DNA of 62,591 bases, the filler included, from Malassezia furfur (lineage: Eukaryota): NCBI GenBank assembly GCA_052055015.1. It is 15 parts of 15 records of this genome, joined end to end, with 100 filler letters (N's around TTAATTAATTAA, not from the genome) between each part and the next. Parts side by side here need not be neighbours in the genome. Positions count along the whole stretch, not along the records: positions 33,802 to 37,858 come from JBQJIT010000707.1; positions 37,959 to 42,009 come from JBQJIT010000708.1; positions 42,110 to 46,145 come from JBQJIT010000709.1; 12 more parts are not named here. One strand, written 5' to 3'. Numbering within the stretch: the stretch's first letter is position 1; each line of letters begins with the position of its first letter. Of the stretch, positions 34,246 to 46,245 are shown one piece after another. The notes beneath the pieces are model-generated. The model ran no database searches and was not told the DNA's origin. It saw only the letters and a list, made by a program, of their open reading frames with translations. The position numbers and the translations under genes were made by a program.

Positions 34246-34544
34246 GTCCGTAGAGGCACAGGGTTCAGAGAGAAGGCATAGGAGGCGGGCAGGCGGCGGT
34301 GCGGCGCGCGCAAGGCCGGTCGGGTGGGCGCACCAGCCCCCTCCCTACCCCCCCGCAGGCCCGGCCCGTGCATGCCGGTGCACGGTGCATGGCACACGCC
34401 ACCCGAGGTGCACAGACCGTGCGCCAAGCATGCTGCCTGCCTCCCCCCGCGCGCGTGTGCCATGCACCGGTGCGCACGCACGATGCACACGCCGCGCCCT
34501 CTCCTCACTTGTCATTTGCCTCCCACGTCCTGCTATGCAACTAC

Positions 34545-37301
34545 CTACTCCTCCTCGTTCCCCGGGTTCTTGCGGAGGATCGCAAAGTTTTCCAGCACAG
34601 GGGTGTAGGAGAGGTACTCCTCGGTGGCGAGCACGCCGCGCTCGCGTGTGCCGAGGCGCACGGGCGTCGTGTGCGTCTGGAAGCCCGAGATGGTGCGGGG
34701 TTTGCCCGCCTGCCCCACGACGTCGACGGCCTTGCCGACGCGCACCGACACGGGCAGCTTCTGGAGCGACTCGTCGAGCGTGATGAGGAAGCGCGGGCGC
34801 ATCGCTGCGGCGAGGAAGAAGAGCATCCAGTGCTCGCGGCCCAGCACAAACGCGCGTGCGTCGGTGAACGCAAGGAGCGTGGCAAGGAGCCCAGCGACGG
34901 CGGTGCGGCTAAACAGCTGGCGGTCGCAGTGGTACGGGTCGACGCCGAGCGTGCCCTTGCCCATCTGCACGAGGCCCTGGGCGATGCGCACGACAAACAG
35001 GCACGACGGCTCCTTGTAGTAGTAGCTCGCGAGCTGGCGCAGGCGCTGCGCGAGGCGTGCGTTGTTGGTGCCCGCGCCGACGATGCCCATCGCAAAGATG
35101 GCGTTCAGCGCGACGTCCAGGTCGCTGTCGTGCGAGAGCTTGCTGAGCGTGTCGAGCACCGGGATCGCCGGGTTCGACGGGTTGAGCAGCGCGAGCGCGA
35201 GCGGCACCGTGCGCCGGATGACGGGGTCGCCGTAGTGCAGCAGGTGCGACATGTGGCGCAGCGTCATCTCGGCGCCCACGTCCTCGCCCATGGCGATGAG
35301 CGCGATGGCGAGCACGGCAAACGCCTGGTACAGGTCGCTCGGCGGCTCGGCCTCCGCGGCGGCGTCGTCGGCCTTCTCGTCGTCCTTCTCGGGCTTGTCG
35401 GCCGAGACGTGCTCCGCGCAGTAGTGCAGGAGCGTCTGGATCTTGAGCACGTTGCCGGTGCCCGCGTAGCTCGTGGCGTCCACGAGGATCTGCACCTCGC
35501 GCGCGAGCGGGTGCTCGATCGCCTTGAGCGTCTCGATGGTCGCGTCGCTGTTGTCCTGCTGCCCGACGAACAGCAGCGCGAGGCCGAGCGCGAGGAAGCG
35601 CGACCAGCTGCTCGACAGCTCGGCGGGCTCGCGCTCCATCATGGTCTGCAGGATGCTCGACACGATCTCGCCGTCGGGCGCGCCGACGTACACGAAGCCG
35701 AGCGCGAGCGCCGCGAGCGCGACGGTCTGCATCGAGCTCGACTCGTCCTGCACGAGCGGCAGCAGGAGCGCCTGCACATCCTCGCGGCACGCGCCGGCGT
35801 ACGCAAGGCCGAGGCCGACGATCGCCGACGTCTGCAGCGGGACGCTCTTGCTCTCGACGTGCTCCGAGAGGAGCGCGAGCGGCGCGTCCATCTCGGTGCG
35901 CACGCCCGAGTGCAGGATGCCGTAGGCGAGCAGGGCGCCGGCCTTGATGTTCTCCTCGGACGAGTAGCTGTACTTGTCAATGTGGCTCAGCCCGAGCTCC
36001 GTGTCCCACAGGAGGCACAGGCCCGCGGACGCGGTCGCCGAGAGCATGCCGTCGTCGCGCGTCTTGTACACGTAGCTGTTCCCCTCGTCGGCCTGCACAA
36101 TGAGCGGGTCGTTGCCGAGGCCCGCGTTCACAAACGCGTTCACAAACGCGTTCGCGAGGTTGCCGCGCGCCGAGTCGGCCGCGGTGCTCATCGCGGTGCG
36201 GCTGTTCTCGAGGTGCGTCTTGTACACGTCGTCGAGGCTCTTGGGCTCGTACACCGAGAGCTCCTTGGCAAAGTCGATAAAGTGCGTCGAGAGGTGCGTG
36301 CCGTACAGGCAGTCGAGCAGCTCGGTGTCCTCGATGGGGTGCTCGGCGTCGTGCAGCCACTCGACGGGGATCTGCTGGCGCGCGAGCAGGTACGCCATCT
36401 GCTTGCGCATCACCGGGTTGCCCGGCGCCTCAAAGTCGGCGCGGATCGCCGCGGGGTCCGCCAGGCGCACGGCGAGCACCAGCGCCTCGAACCAGCGGTG
36501 CTGCTGCCGGTAGATCTCGCGTGCGGTGCGCAGGAAGAGCACGTCGTCCGGCGGCACGAGCAGGTTGACGCAGCTCACCAGGTACAGGCACACGCGCTCA
36601 AACGTGTCCTTCGTCACAAACTGCGGCAGCTGCTCCACCGCCTCGAGCTCGAGCAGCAGATCCACCGCATCGACCTCGGCGTTGTGCTGCAGCGAGAACT
36701 GCACCACGAGCAGCGCGAGCTGCAGCAGCTCCGACGTGTCCTGCTCCTTCTCGGAGCGCGCGTTGTACTCCTCGCCGAGCTCGGTGCACAGGTGCCGCAC
36801 GTACTCGTGGCCCCACAAGCCCAGGTCCTCGGCGCTCGGCTGCCCGTGCAGGCGGTCGGCCGCGAGGCGGAACGCGAGCGTCTCGCGCTCGCCCGTGTTC
36901 GAGTGGGTCATCGCGAGCACGCTCAGGATCTCGGCAAAGAGCGCCTTGTCCGCGTCGTCGCCGGACCACTGCGCGTAAAGCTCCTTGAGCTTGGGGTACT
37001 GCGGGTGCAGGAACTTGAGCGGCTTCGGCACCGACGTCAGCGACGACGTGCTCGTCCGGATCAAATTCTGCAGCGAGACCAGCGCGGGGCGGTACAGGCT
37101 CTTGTTCGCCTCGGTGAGGCGCTCGACGAGCATCTCGAGCTCCGTCTTGAGCTGCTCGTCCTCGGCGCTCAGGTCGCTCCCGGGCTTATCGTCCTTCGGA
37201 GGCGAGAGCGCCGTCTCCTTCGGCCGCTCATCCTCCTTCTTCTCCTCCGGGTCTTTCGAGAGCACACGGAGGCTCGCAAGCTGCGGATCCTCTCCGTCCA
37301 T
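34545..37301 (-). CDS. RPN1: 26S proteasome regulatory subunit Rpn1 (PSMD2)
   Basis: TSTSSLTSVPKPLKFLHP, WGHEYVRHL, PC repeats, VGQAGKPRTISGFQTHTTPV. Confidence 0.97.
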   Translation of the reverse strand: MDGEDPQLASLRVLSKDPEEKKEDERPKETALSPPKDDKPGSDLSAEDEQLKTELEMLVERLTEANKSLYRPALVSLQNLIRTSTSSLTSVPKPLKFLHPQYPKLKELYAQWSGDDADKALFAEILSVLAMTHSNTGERETLAFRLAADRLHGQPSAEDLGLWGHEYVRHLCTELGEEYNARSEKEQDTSELLQLALLVVQFSLQHNAEVDAVDLLLELEAVEQLPQFVTKDTFERVCLYLVSCVNLLVPPDDVLFLRTAREIYRQQHRWFEALVLAVRLADPAAIRADFEAPGNPVMRKQMAYLLARQQIPVEWLHDAEHPIEDTELLDCLYGTHLSTHFIDFAKELSVYEPKSLDDVYKTHLENSRTAMSTAADSARGNLANAFVNAFVNAGLGNDPLIVQADEGNSYVYKTRDDGMLSATASAGLCLLWDTELGLSHIDKYSYSSEENIKAGALLAYGILHSGVRTEMDAPLALLSEHVESKSVPLQTSAIVGLGLAYAGACREDVQALLLPLVQDESSSMQTVALAALALGFVYVGAPDGEIVSSILQTMMEREPAELSSSWSRFLALGLALLFVGQQDNSDATIETLKAIEHPLAREVQILVDATSYAGTGNVLKIQTLLHYCAEHVSADKPEKDDEKADDAAAEAEPPSDLYQAFAVLAIALIAMGEDVGAEMTLRHMSHLLHYGDPVIRRTVPLALALLNPSNPAIPVLDTLSKLSHDSDLDVALNAIFAMGIVGAGTNNARLAQRLRQLASYYYKEPSCLFVVRIAQGLVQMGKGTLGVDPYHCDRQLFSRTAVAGLLATLLAFTDARAFVLGREHWMLFFLAAAMRPRFLITLDESLQKLPVSVRVGKAVDVVGQAGKPRTISGFQTHTTPVRLGTRERGVLATEEYLSYTPVLENFAILRKNPGNEEE

Positions 37302-37413
37302 CGTCAGGCGAGGCGTCCAGAAGACCCGCGCACCGGCCGCGCGCCACTCGGTGATCTCAGGGTCACGTGGCCGACGCGCGGCGTCCGGACCTCCACACGC
37401 CGCCGGCGCGACG

Positions 37414-37858
37414 ATGCACGTCGCGGTGCACGGCGCGTCACACGACTCGCTCACGCTTGCGTGGGCGGACACACACACGGGCGCGCCGCCCGACGTGTAC
37501 GTAGACGACGAGCGGCGGACGTGCACGGCGGTCGGCGCACACCTCTTCGTCCCGGGCCTCGTCCCGGGCGTCGCCTATACCCTGCACGTCGCCGACGGCG
37601 CCGCCCCGGCCGTCTACCTGACGCACCCGTCGCATGACGCGCGGCCCACGCAGCCCGTAGACACGCATGCGGAGGGAGACGCGCGCCAGCTGCAGCACGA
37701 GATCGAGACGCTGCGCAAGGCCATGGCGCGCCAGGCCGCCTACGAGCACCGCCAGCGCCTCAAGATCGAGCAGCACTACGCCGACGCCCACGCGCTGCAT
37801 GAGACCGCCGAGCGCGAGCGCGACACAGCGCACGCGCTCGTGGCCGAGGCCGAGGCGC
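37414..37858 (+). CDS. Fibronectin type III-like domain + coiled-coil protein (3' truncated)
   Basis: MHVAVHGASHDSLTLAW...GLVPGVAYTLHV fits the FN3 pattern; heptad-rich segment follows. Confidence 0.55.
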
Positions 37859-37958
37859 NNNNNNNNNNNNNNNNNNNNNNNNNNNNNNNNNNNNNNNNNN
37901 NNTTAATTAATTAANNNNNNNNNNNNNNNNNNNNNNNNNNNNNNNNNNNNNNNNNNNN

Positions 37959-40165
37959 TCGCGACGCCGGACGTGTACGACGACGCGGCGGCCGCGCGCG
38001 GCGCCCTCGCCCGCGCGTGCGCGGCGATCGCCACCGCGACGCACGACGTCGCGTGGCTGTTTGACGAGCTGTACACGCTCTACGAGACGCACGGCGCCGA
38101 GCCCGTGTTTGTGCACGAGATGGAGCCGTTCATCGAGCACGGCGAGATGCCGACGCCCGCGCCGGCCGTGCTGCAGCGCCTGCTCGCCTTCCGCGCGCGC
38201 ACCGGCGACTTGGACCGCGTGACGCAGCTCGTGCTCCACGTCGATCCGTGGCACCTCGACCTCGATCAGACCCTGTCGCTGTGCCGCCGCCACCGCCTGT
38301 GGGACGCGTACATTGCCGTGAGCCTCAAGGCGCTGCACGACGCACTCACACCCGCACGCCTCCTCCTCGAGCGCGTGCACGCCGCGCTGCGTGACGAAGA
38401 CGCGCGCGACGCTTATACCCTTTATGCATTCCTTGCTTCGATTGCGCGCGGCGTGCTGCATCCGACGGACGCGCCGCTCGACGACGCAGCGCGCGCCGCC
38501 GCCGCCGCCGTCTTTCCGTGGGTACTCCGCCGAAGCGACGACGGCGCGCCGCTCGACGCCCTGCTTGCGCTCGACGCCGAGGCATTCCTCGACGCGCTCG
38601 ATGTCGCGTTCGAGGGCGCCCTCTTTGACGAGGACCGCGCGGCCGACGCTTCGGCGCCGACGCGCCGCGACTGGGTCGATGCGCTGCTGGCCGCGCACGC
38701 GCACCTCGCGCCGAGCGCCGCGGCGTTCGTCGCGCTGTTCGTCGCGCGCAACTCGGCCAAGTACCCCCAGTTTGTCGAGCTGCGTGCCGACGAGGTGCGC
38801 ACCGTCTTTGCGACGCTCACGCGGCCATCGAGCTCGCCGGCGCCGGCCGATTGTGAACTCGGCCTCGAGTGCCTCTTTTCCGCGTACGCCGTGGCATGGG
38901 ACGATGCCGAGGTGCAACACGCGCTGCGCACGGCACAGTACTGGCGCGTGTACGAGTACGTCCTGCGCAAGGCACACGACCTCGACGCGCTCCTCCGCTT
39001 CTACCTCACCGACGAGGACGGCGAGCACGCAGCGCCCGGCCAGCTGTACAGCCGCGTCGCGCAACTCGCGCCCTGGCCGGCGTTCCGCGCGCGGCTGCAC
39101 GCGGCGCTGCCCGACGCGCTGCCGGACGTGCCCGAGTCGCTCCTTGGCGACGTCGCGCGCATCGCCACGCGCTTTGCGCCAGACGACACCCTCGACCTGC
39201 TTGCGGCGCTTGCCAAGACGCCGCAGCGCCAGTACCTGTACCTTGCACCCTTCTTCCCGCTCGACGCGCCGACCGAGCCACGCGCCGAGCTCAAGCACGC
39301 TTGGGTCGACCTCGTGGCCCACTTTTGCCCGGCGACGCTCGCGACGCACCTCGAGGCGCATGCGCCGGCCTTCTTCGACCTGGCCCAGGTCGTCGACGTG
39401 GCGCGCACGCACCGCATCTACGACGCGCTCCTCCTCGCGCACACGTGGCGCGACGAGCCGCACGAGGCACGTGCGACGCTCGAGGCGCACATCGCAGAGG
39501 CAAGCGTCGAGGTGCTCGCCCTCGCGACCCAAGCGGCCGGCGCGCCGCCGAGCCAGGCCGAGCGCCTGCACGGGCAGGCGAGCGAGGTGCTCCACGCGCT
39601 GCGCGCAACGGTGCGCATGGCCACGCGCCTGGCGGTGCAGCACGCCGCGGACGCGCACGGTACCCACGCCCGCGACGAGTGGACGCACCTCCTGCGTGCG
39701 CTGATCCACTATGTCCATGCGCTGGGCGACACGGCGCTCGACGCGCGCGGCGCGTTGCTCACGCATGCACGCGCAGCGGGCGACGCGTTGATGCACGAGG
39801 CGCTCACGGCGCTCCTCACCTCGGTCCCGACCGAGACGCTGTCGTTCCCCGAGCTGTTCCGCGAGCTCGTCAGCGCGCCGGACACGCCGGGCGTTGCGTA
39901 TGCCGACGTGCGGCGCGTGCTGGACGAGATGCTATCGACCTACCGACTGCGCCGTGACGTGCTCGTGCTGGGCGTGCGCATGAACGAGGCGGACACCGCG
40001 CGGCTCTTTCACGAACTCGCCGCGGGCGCAAGCGCTCGGCGGCGCCGCGCCCCCACCGGCGCTTGGCAGGGGTCCGGTCGACCCCAGGCGGCTGAGGGCC
40101 GCGTCGTGATTGGCCGACACGGACCCGCAGACGTGCATTCGGGGGTCCATGACACCTGCACGTAG
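37959..40165 (+). CDS. VPS8: CORVET subunit Vps8, C-terminal part
   Basis: EPFIEHGEM..PAPAVLQRLL, LVLHVDPWHLDLDQTLSLCRRHRLWDAYIAV, LLALDAEAFLDALDVAFE. Confidence 0.8.
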
Positions 40166-40472
40166 GACGAAATTATTCGCAATCCCACCCCACGGCCAGC
40201 CTGCCACCTGAGCGGAACGGTGTATGTCACGTGCCTCACGCCGGCCGACCAGAAACGGGTGCGCCGATCCTGGGCAAGAGGGCCGCACGCTGGGAATTGC
40301 CTGCAGCATCTTGCATATCCACTCGTTGCCCAGCCCTGGTGCAGGAAGCGCCCTCGAAGTTGGTCTGGGTAGGCGCCGCGCCGCGCGTCGTACTCTTTGC
40401 CTTTACGCTGGACGCACAAGAACCATAGACCGCTCCGCATCCCCACAAAAAACGGGCTAGGCTGTGTGCACC

Positions 40473-42009
40473 ATGGCCTTGCCACGTTCGGATGAGCCCC
40501 TGCCGCCCTTGACGGGTCTCCGTTCCTGGTGGTCGTCGTTTGCGCGCGCCGCTCCCTCGCCGCGCGAGGAGCGCAGCGCCGACGACCTGTCCATGTTCGG
40601 CGCGCCCCTCCCCGAGGCACTCAAGCAGTCGAGTGTCGCGATCAGTCTCATTAACCAGGACGGCGAGCAGTACGTCTGGGGCTACGTCCCGGCGGTCGTC
40701 GCCAAGATTGGCCTGTTCCTGAAGCAGCATGGTACGTCGCGCGCCTGTGTCCCACTTACCCAGCGACCGACGTCGAAGGCGTGTTCCGCATCAACGGCTC
40801 GGAAAAACGCGTGAAGGAGCTGCGCACGCAGTTTGATACACCGCCCGAATACGGCAAGGACGTCGATTGGGACGGATACAACGTGCACGATGCCGCCACG
40901 CTCCTGCGCCGCTTCCTGAACCTCATGCCCGAGCCGGTCATCCCGGCAGACCGCTTTGCCGAGTTCCGCGACGTGCTCGCCAAGCCGGCCGCGGTCGACG
41001 AGCAAGAGGCGATCACCGCCTATCGCAAGCTGATCGCGTCGTGCCCGCCGGCGACCCAGTACCTGCTGCTCTACCTCCTCGACCTGCTCGCCGTGTTCGA
41101 GCGCAACGCCGAGGTGAACAAAATGACCGCGAACAACCTCGCGATCCTGTTCCAGCCGGGGATGCTCACGCACCCCTCGGTGCGCTCCCGCGACGACCAC
41201 CAGGCCGCCGTCCGCGTCGTCGAGTTCCTCATCACGCACCAGGACCGTTTCGTGCTGGACGTGTCCGATATGCCCCCGGCCGACATGCTCCCCGAGGAGC
41301 TCACGCGCCCCAAAACCAAAGCGGCCCTGGACAAGTACCTGCTCGTCCCGTCCGACTCGGACGAGGATCTGGGCGATCTCGAGGCGCACATGGGCGGCGG
41401 CGCGATGCTGGGCCGCAACGCCACCGCCCCGCGCTCCATGTTCCCGAAAAAGGAGCGGCGCACGCGCCGCGAACGCCGGCGCTCGTCGTCGCACGAGGTG
41501 GCGCCCGCTGCGCCTGCCGCGCCCGCTCCGACCGCCACGCCCGCCGAGCGCAAAGACACCACGCGCACCAAGCCGAGCGTCGTGCGCGAGTCGCGCAAAG
41601 AGGGCCGCAAGCGCGCCAACTCACACTCGGACGCCCAGGCGCAGTCGCGCAGCACCTCGCGCCACACCACCGACGCCGGCCCGTCCAACTCGCCACGCGC
41701 GCGGCCCACGTCGCGCGCCTCGGCACGGGGTGCACACGCACCGCCCTCGGCGCTGCCGCGCCCGCCGCTCGTGAAGCGCTCCGCGTCCGAGACCGGCTGG
41801 ACGGAGGCCACGCCGGCGCAGCAAAACGCGGCGCTCGCCCCCTCGGCGCGCTCGCCGAGCCGGCGCAGCCGCACCAAGTCGCCCTCCGCCACGTCCTCGC
41901 CCTTGCTCCACGCCGAGCGCAGCTCCGCCTCCCGCCTGAGCTTCAACGGCGGCTCGGGCAGCTCGCTCGAGGGCCGCGCGCCGCGCCCAGGCGGCATGCC
42001 GACGATCCC
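40473..42009 (+). CDS. Rho GTPase-activating protein (Sac7/Bag7-like), 3' truncated; 32-nt intron 40732-40763
   Basis: FGAPL...WGYVPAVVAKIGLFLKQH|ATDVEGVFRINGS, VHDAATLLRRFLNLMPEPVIP, NKMTANNLAILFQPG. Confidence 0.9.
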
Positions 42010-42109
42010 NNNNNNNNNNNNNNNNNNNNNNNNNNNNNNNNNNNNNNNNNNNNTTAATTAATTAANNNNNNNNNNNNNNNNNNNNNNNNNNNNNNNNNNN
42101 NNNNNNNNN

Positions 42110-43206
42110 CGCAGCTCAAGCCGGCGCTCGGGCGCCTCGCGCGGCACACGGTGCGCCGCGCGGTCGACGACGCGGCGTACCCGCGCTTCCTCGCGGTGCA
42201 GCCGAGCGCGCGGCACGCCGTCGTCGTGGACCACGTCGCGTACGCGCTGACGGACGCCGCGCAGGTGCTCGCGCAGGTCGAGCGGCACATCACGCAGAGC
42301 CTCGTGCGCTTCGGGCGCGACTTGTACCGGCAGCGCGTCGGTGTGCCGCAGGGCTCGGTGCTGTCGACCGTGCTGTGCAACCTGCTGCTCGCCGACGTCG
42401 AGCGCGCCGCACAGCTCACGAGCCTCGAGGGGTGCCTAATGCGCTACACGGACGACTTCCTCTTCCTGACCCCCTCGCGCACGGACGCCGCGCGCTTCTG
42501 CCGCGCACTCCACACGGAATTTCCGCGGCATGGGTGCGCCATTGCCCCGGAAAAGACGCTCGTCAACTTTGACATAGCCGTCGGCGCGGCGCTCGTGCCG
42601 CGCATCGACGCCGCGGCGCCCGTGCCGTGGTGCGGCTACACGATCTGCCCCACGACGCTCGCGGTGCGCGCCGACGCCGCGCGGTATCCGTACCACTTTG
42701 GCGACACCCTCACGGTGCCGCCGACACGGCGCGGCGCGGCGCTCGCGCACCGCATGCTCCACGCCGTGCGCGCACGCACGCATGTGCTGTTTACGAGCGC
42801 ACAGCTCAACACGCCGCGCGACGTGTACGCGAACCTGCTCGAAGGCGCGGTCGTCGCCGCCGCGAAGCTGCATGCGTATGCACGCGCCTTGCGGCCGCAC
42901 CGCCTGCGCACGGCCGTCGTGTGCGACGCCGTGCACCTCGCGGTGCGCACGACGTACCCCATGGTCGTGTCGCGCCTGCGCCTCGTCCCGGGCGAGCGCA
43001 CGACGGTGACGCGCGCCGCCGTCGAGTGGGTGGGGTACGTCGGCTTCTACGCGGTGCTCGGCGCACGGCCCACGTACGCCGGCGCCGCGCACGCGCTCGC
43101 GGCCGAGGTGCGCCGCGCCAAGTACGCCGCGGCGCGCACCGAGCTGGGGCGCTGGGCGCTCGCCGAGGCGCAGCGGTGCGCCGAGCAGGTGCGTGCGCGG
43201 TGCTAG
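42110..43206 (+). CDS. TERT: Telomerase reverse transcriptase, C-terminal half (IFD, motifs B', C, D, E and CTE)
   Basis: YRQRVGVPQGSVLSTVLCNLL (B'), LMRYTDDFLFLT (C), GCAIAPEKTLVNF (D), VPWCGYTI (E), then CTE with LNTPRDVYANL. Confidence 0.92.
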
Positions 43207-43254
43207 GGTATGGGAATGCTGCTACAGATGTACATAGGCGGTGGCCCAGAGATC

Positions 43255-46015
43255 TTATTCGTCCTCGTCGTCGTCCATGTGCGAGGCATCCGAGGCGTCT
43301 GCGTCGGGCTCCGCATCGTCCGCGTCGGGCTCCGAGGCGTCCACGTCGGGCTCCGCGTCGTCCGCGTCCGCTTCCGCGTCCTCGGCGCCGTGTCCGCCCG
43401 CGCCCATCATCTCGTCGTCCATGGGCACCTCGCCGCCGAGCACCGAGTCCATCGCCTGCAGCGTGTACTCGAGCATGGCGCTCTCGACGAGCATGCGGTC
43501 GGCGCGTGCATAGTGCCGCTCCGTGTACGGCACGAGCGCATCGAGCACGGCGGCGAGCGAGCCGGGCTTCTCGCCCTTGGCGTACGCATCCAGCAGCGTG
43601 TCTGCGCTGTGCAGCCGCACGATCGCGTGCAGGAGCAGCTGCGCCGTCGGCGCCGTGCGTGCCGACGTGTTCCAGTCGCGGATGTAGCCGAGCAGCTGCA
43701 CGAGCTGCGGCTGCGGCAGCTTGGCGATGATCTCGTCGACGGCGCCCAGGCCCGTGATGCTCGCCTCGGGCACGCGCGTGCCGAGCGCCTGCGCAAACAG
43801 CTGGTCGATCGAGTGGATCGCGTCGCCGTCGGGGCGCGCGGCGGCGACCTGCGCAAACAGCGCAAGCAGCCGCCGCGGCTGGTCGAGCTGCAGCGCGAGC
43901 GCAATCGCGTTGCGGTAGTCCTTCAGCAGCACGAGATTCGCAAACTCTTGCTCGCGCTCGACGGCGTCCTGCGCGGCCACGGCGCGCTCGTGCTGCACCG
44001 CCGCCGTGGTATCGTTCCAGCACGCAATCGTGCTGTCGGCCGCGCCGCTGATGAGCTGCAGCGGGGCGTTGTCGGCGCTGCGCACCGCCAGGGTCCAGAT
44101 CTTGTCGTCCGCGGCGTCGATCGTCGCGGCGCACGCCTCGTCCTTGACGTTCCACACCTTAACCAGCCCGTCGCTCGCGGAGCTCGCAAGCTGCAGGCCG
44201 TGCGGCAGGAAGCGCACACGCAGCACACTACCCGTGTGCCCCTCAAACACGCGCACGCACGCATAGTCCTTCAGGCTCCACAGGCGCACGGTCTGGTCGC
44301 CCGAGCCCGTCGCGAACGCCTGCTCGGCGGGCGAGAACTGGCACGACCACACGCCGCGCTTGTGGCCGCGGCACGTCGCCAGCGCACGCAGCGACGCCGA
44401 CGCGCGGTGCTGGTTGCTCTTCGACGGCGCGGTGTACTCCAGGCGGAACACGCGCGCGGTGCGGTCCTGCGACGCGGACAGCAGCAGCGCATTGTTCGGC
44501 GCCAGGTCCACCGCGTTGATGTCCTTCTCGTGGATCTTGAGCGTGACGAGCGACGAGGGCTTCGCGGGCACGTCCGCCGCCGCGTCGACCGCCGCCAAAT
44601 CCCACACCTTCACCGTGCGGTCCTGGCTCGCGGTCACGACAAACGGCGGCGCCTGCGCGCCGCGGGGGAAGGCGACGCACCCGATGCTCTCCGCGTGCCC
44701 TTCGCACACGGCGATCGTGCGCCAGTCGCGCGCGCCGTGCGGCGCCCAGATGCGCGCGGTGCGGTCCTTGGACGCACTCGCGAGCCACGCGCCGTCCGCA
44801 CGCGCATCGACGCTCAGCACCATGTCGCGGTGCCCGGGGAGGAGCATCACGTCGTGGTCGTCCGCGTCCAGCCGGTACACGCGCACGAGGGGGTTGTTCG
44901 ACGCGACCGCCAGCAGCGCCGCACCGTCGCGGCGCAGCACCGCGAGGTCGACGATCTCGTCGTTGTACCCCACGAGCTGCCGCGCAAGCGACACGCGCGG
45001 CGCCGCCGCATCCACCGCAACGAACGCCAGGTCCTGCGACGCGGTGACCACCACGACCGTGTGCGCCGCCCGCGCATAGTGCGCATCTACCAACCCGCTC
45101 AGCTCGTCGTCGTCGTCCGCGTCCGCGTCGAGCGCGGCCGCCTGCGTCGCGAGCGGCGCCTCACTGCGCACGTCCCACAGCCGCAGCGCACCCAGCGCGC
45201 CGGCGGTGTAGAAGAGGTGCGGAGCGACAAAGCCCGCGGCCTCGACGCGCTCGCCGACGACACGGATCTCCTGGCGCTCCCAGCGCCCGCTGCGCTCGCC
45301 ATAGATCGCGAGCGTCTGGTCGCGCGCGCCGCTCACGAGCGTCTGTCCGTCGGGCGACAGAGCAATCGCACGCACCACACCGGCGTGCGCACTAAGCACC
45401 GCGATCGGCTTCGCGGCGGCCTTGGTGCCGCCCTGCAGATCCCACACACGCACCTTGCCGTCGACGCACCCGGTGAGCAGCTGCACGTTGCGCGTGTTGT
45501 GCGCCTTGCGGACGTCCCAGCACAGCGCACTGATCACACCGCCGTGCCCGGCAAAGACGTGCGTCACGAACCCGCGCACAAGGTCATACACCTTCACGCT
45601 CCCGTCCGTCCCGCCGAGCGCCACGAGACTCGACGTGGGGTCCACGGACAGCAGTGCGACGGGCGCATCGTGCGCGCGGGGGATGCTCCGTACGAGCGAA
45701 AAGTCGGGCAGCGCATAGATGTGCACGGCCAGCGAGCGCGCGACCGTCACAAGGTAGGCGTCGTTGGGCGAGAGCGCCAGGCTGCTGATCTCGGAACCGT
45801 CCTGCGTAAGCGTATCAAAAACGCACCCCTGGCAAGCGCTGCACGACGCGCGTCGTGCGCGACTCGACGACCAGCACCTCGGTGCCGAACGTCGTGACAC
45901 ACCATGCGCCATCCTGCGTCACGGCCACGGCACCGCCCGTGTAGAACGGCTGAAAGGTATCGCCCTTGGCAAACGACGTGCACAGCGCCGGCGGGGAGAC
46001 CGCTCCGGACGCCAT
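43255..46015 (-). CDS. UTP13: U3 snoRNP/SSU processome WD40 protein Utp13 (TBL3); 25-nt intron 45802-45826
   Basis: QPFYTGG N-terminus, many WD40 repeats, LVGYNDEIVD, YIRDWNTSAR, LVPYTERHYARA. Confidence 0.93.
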
Positions 46016-46245
46016 ATGCAATACGCACGCGGTCTGTGCTAGGAAAAAAAAGTGCGAAGAAGGGCCGGCGAGGAAATATGGAGGTGCGCCCCCGAGGCCC
46101 TGCCGCGCCGCCCGCCCAGCGCCGGCCCAAGGGGGGGGTGGGGGANNNNNNNNNNNNNNNNNNNNNNNNNNNNNNNNNNNNNNNNNNNNTTAATTAATTA
46201 ANNNNNNNNNNNNNNNNNNNNNNNNNNNNNNNNNNNNNNNNNNNN

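Noticed and set aside
834..37301. Apparent clusters of proteasome (RPT5, RPN1, PAC1-like), Mediator (MED22, MED1) or mRNA-decay (CCR4, PAT1) genes
   Set aside because: They lie on different, size-sorted, unlinked contigs.
42110..43206. Retrotransposon, retron or group II intron reverse transcriptase
   Set aside because: Motifs (GVPQGSVLS, EKTLVNF, PWCG) and the CTE are TERT-type; no flanking repeats or endonuclease seen.
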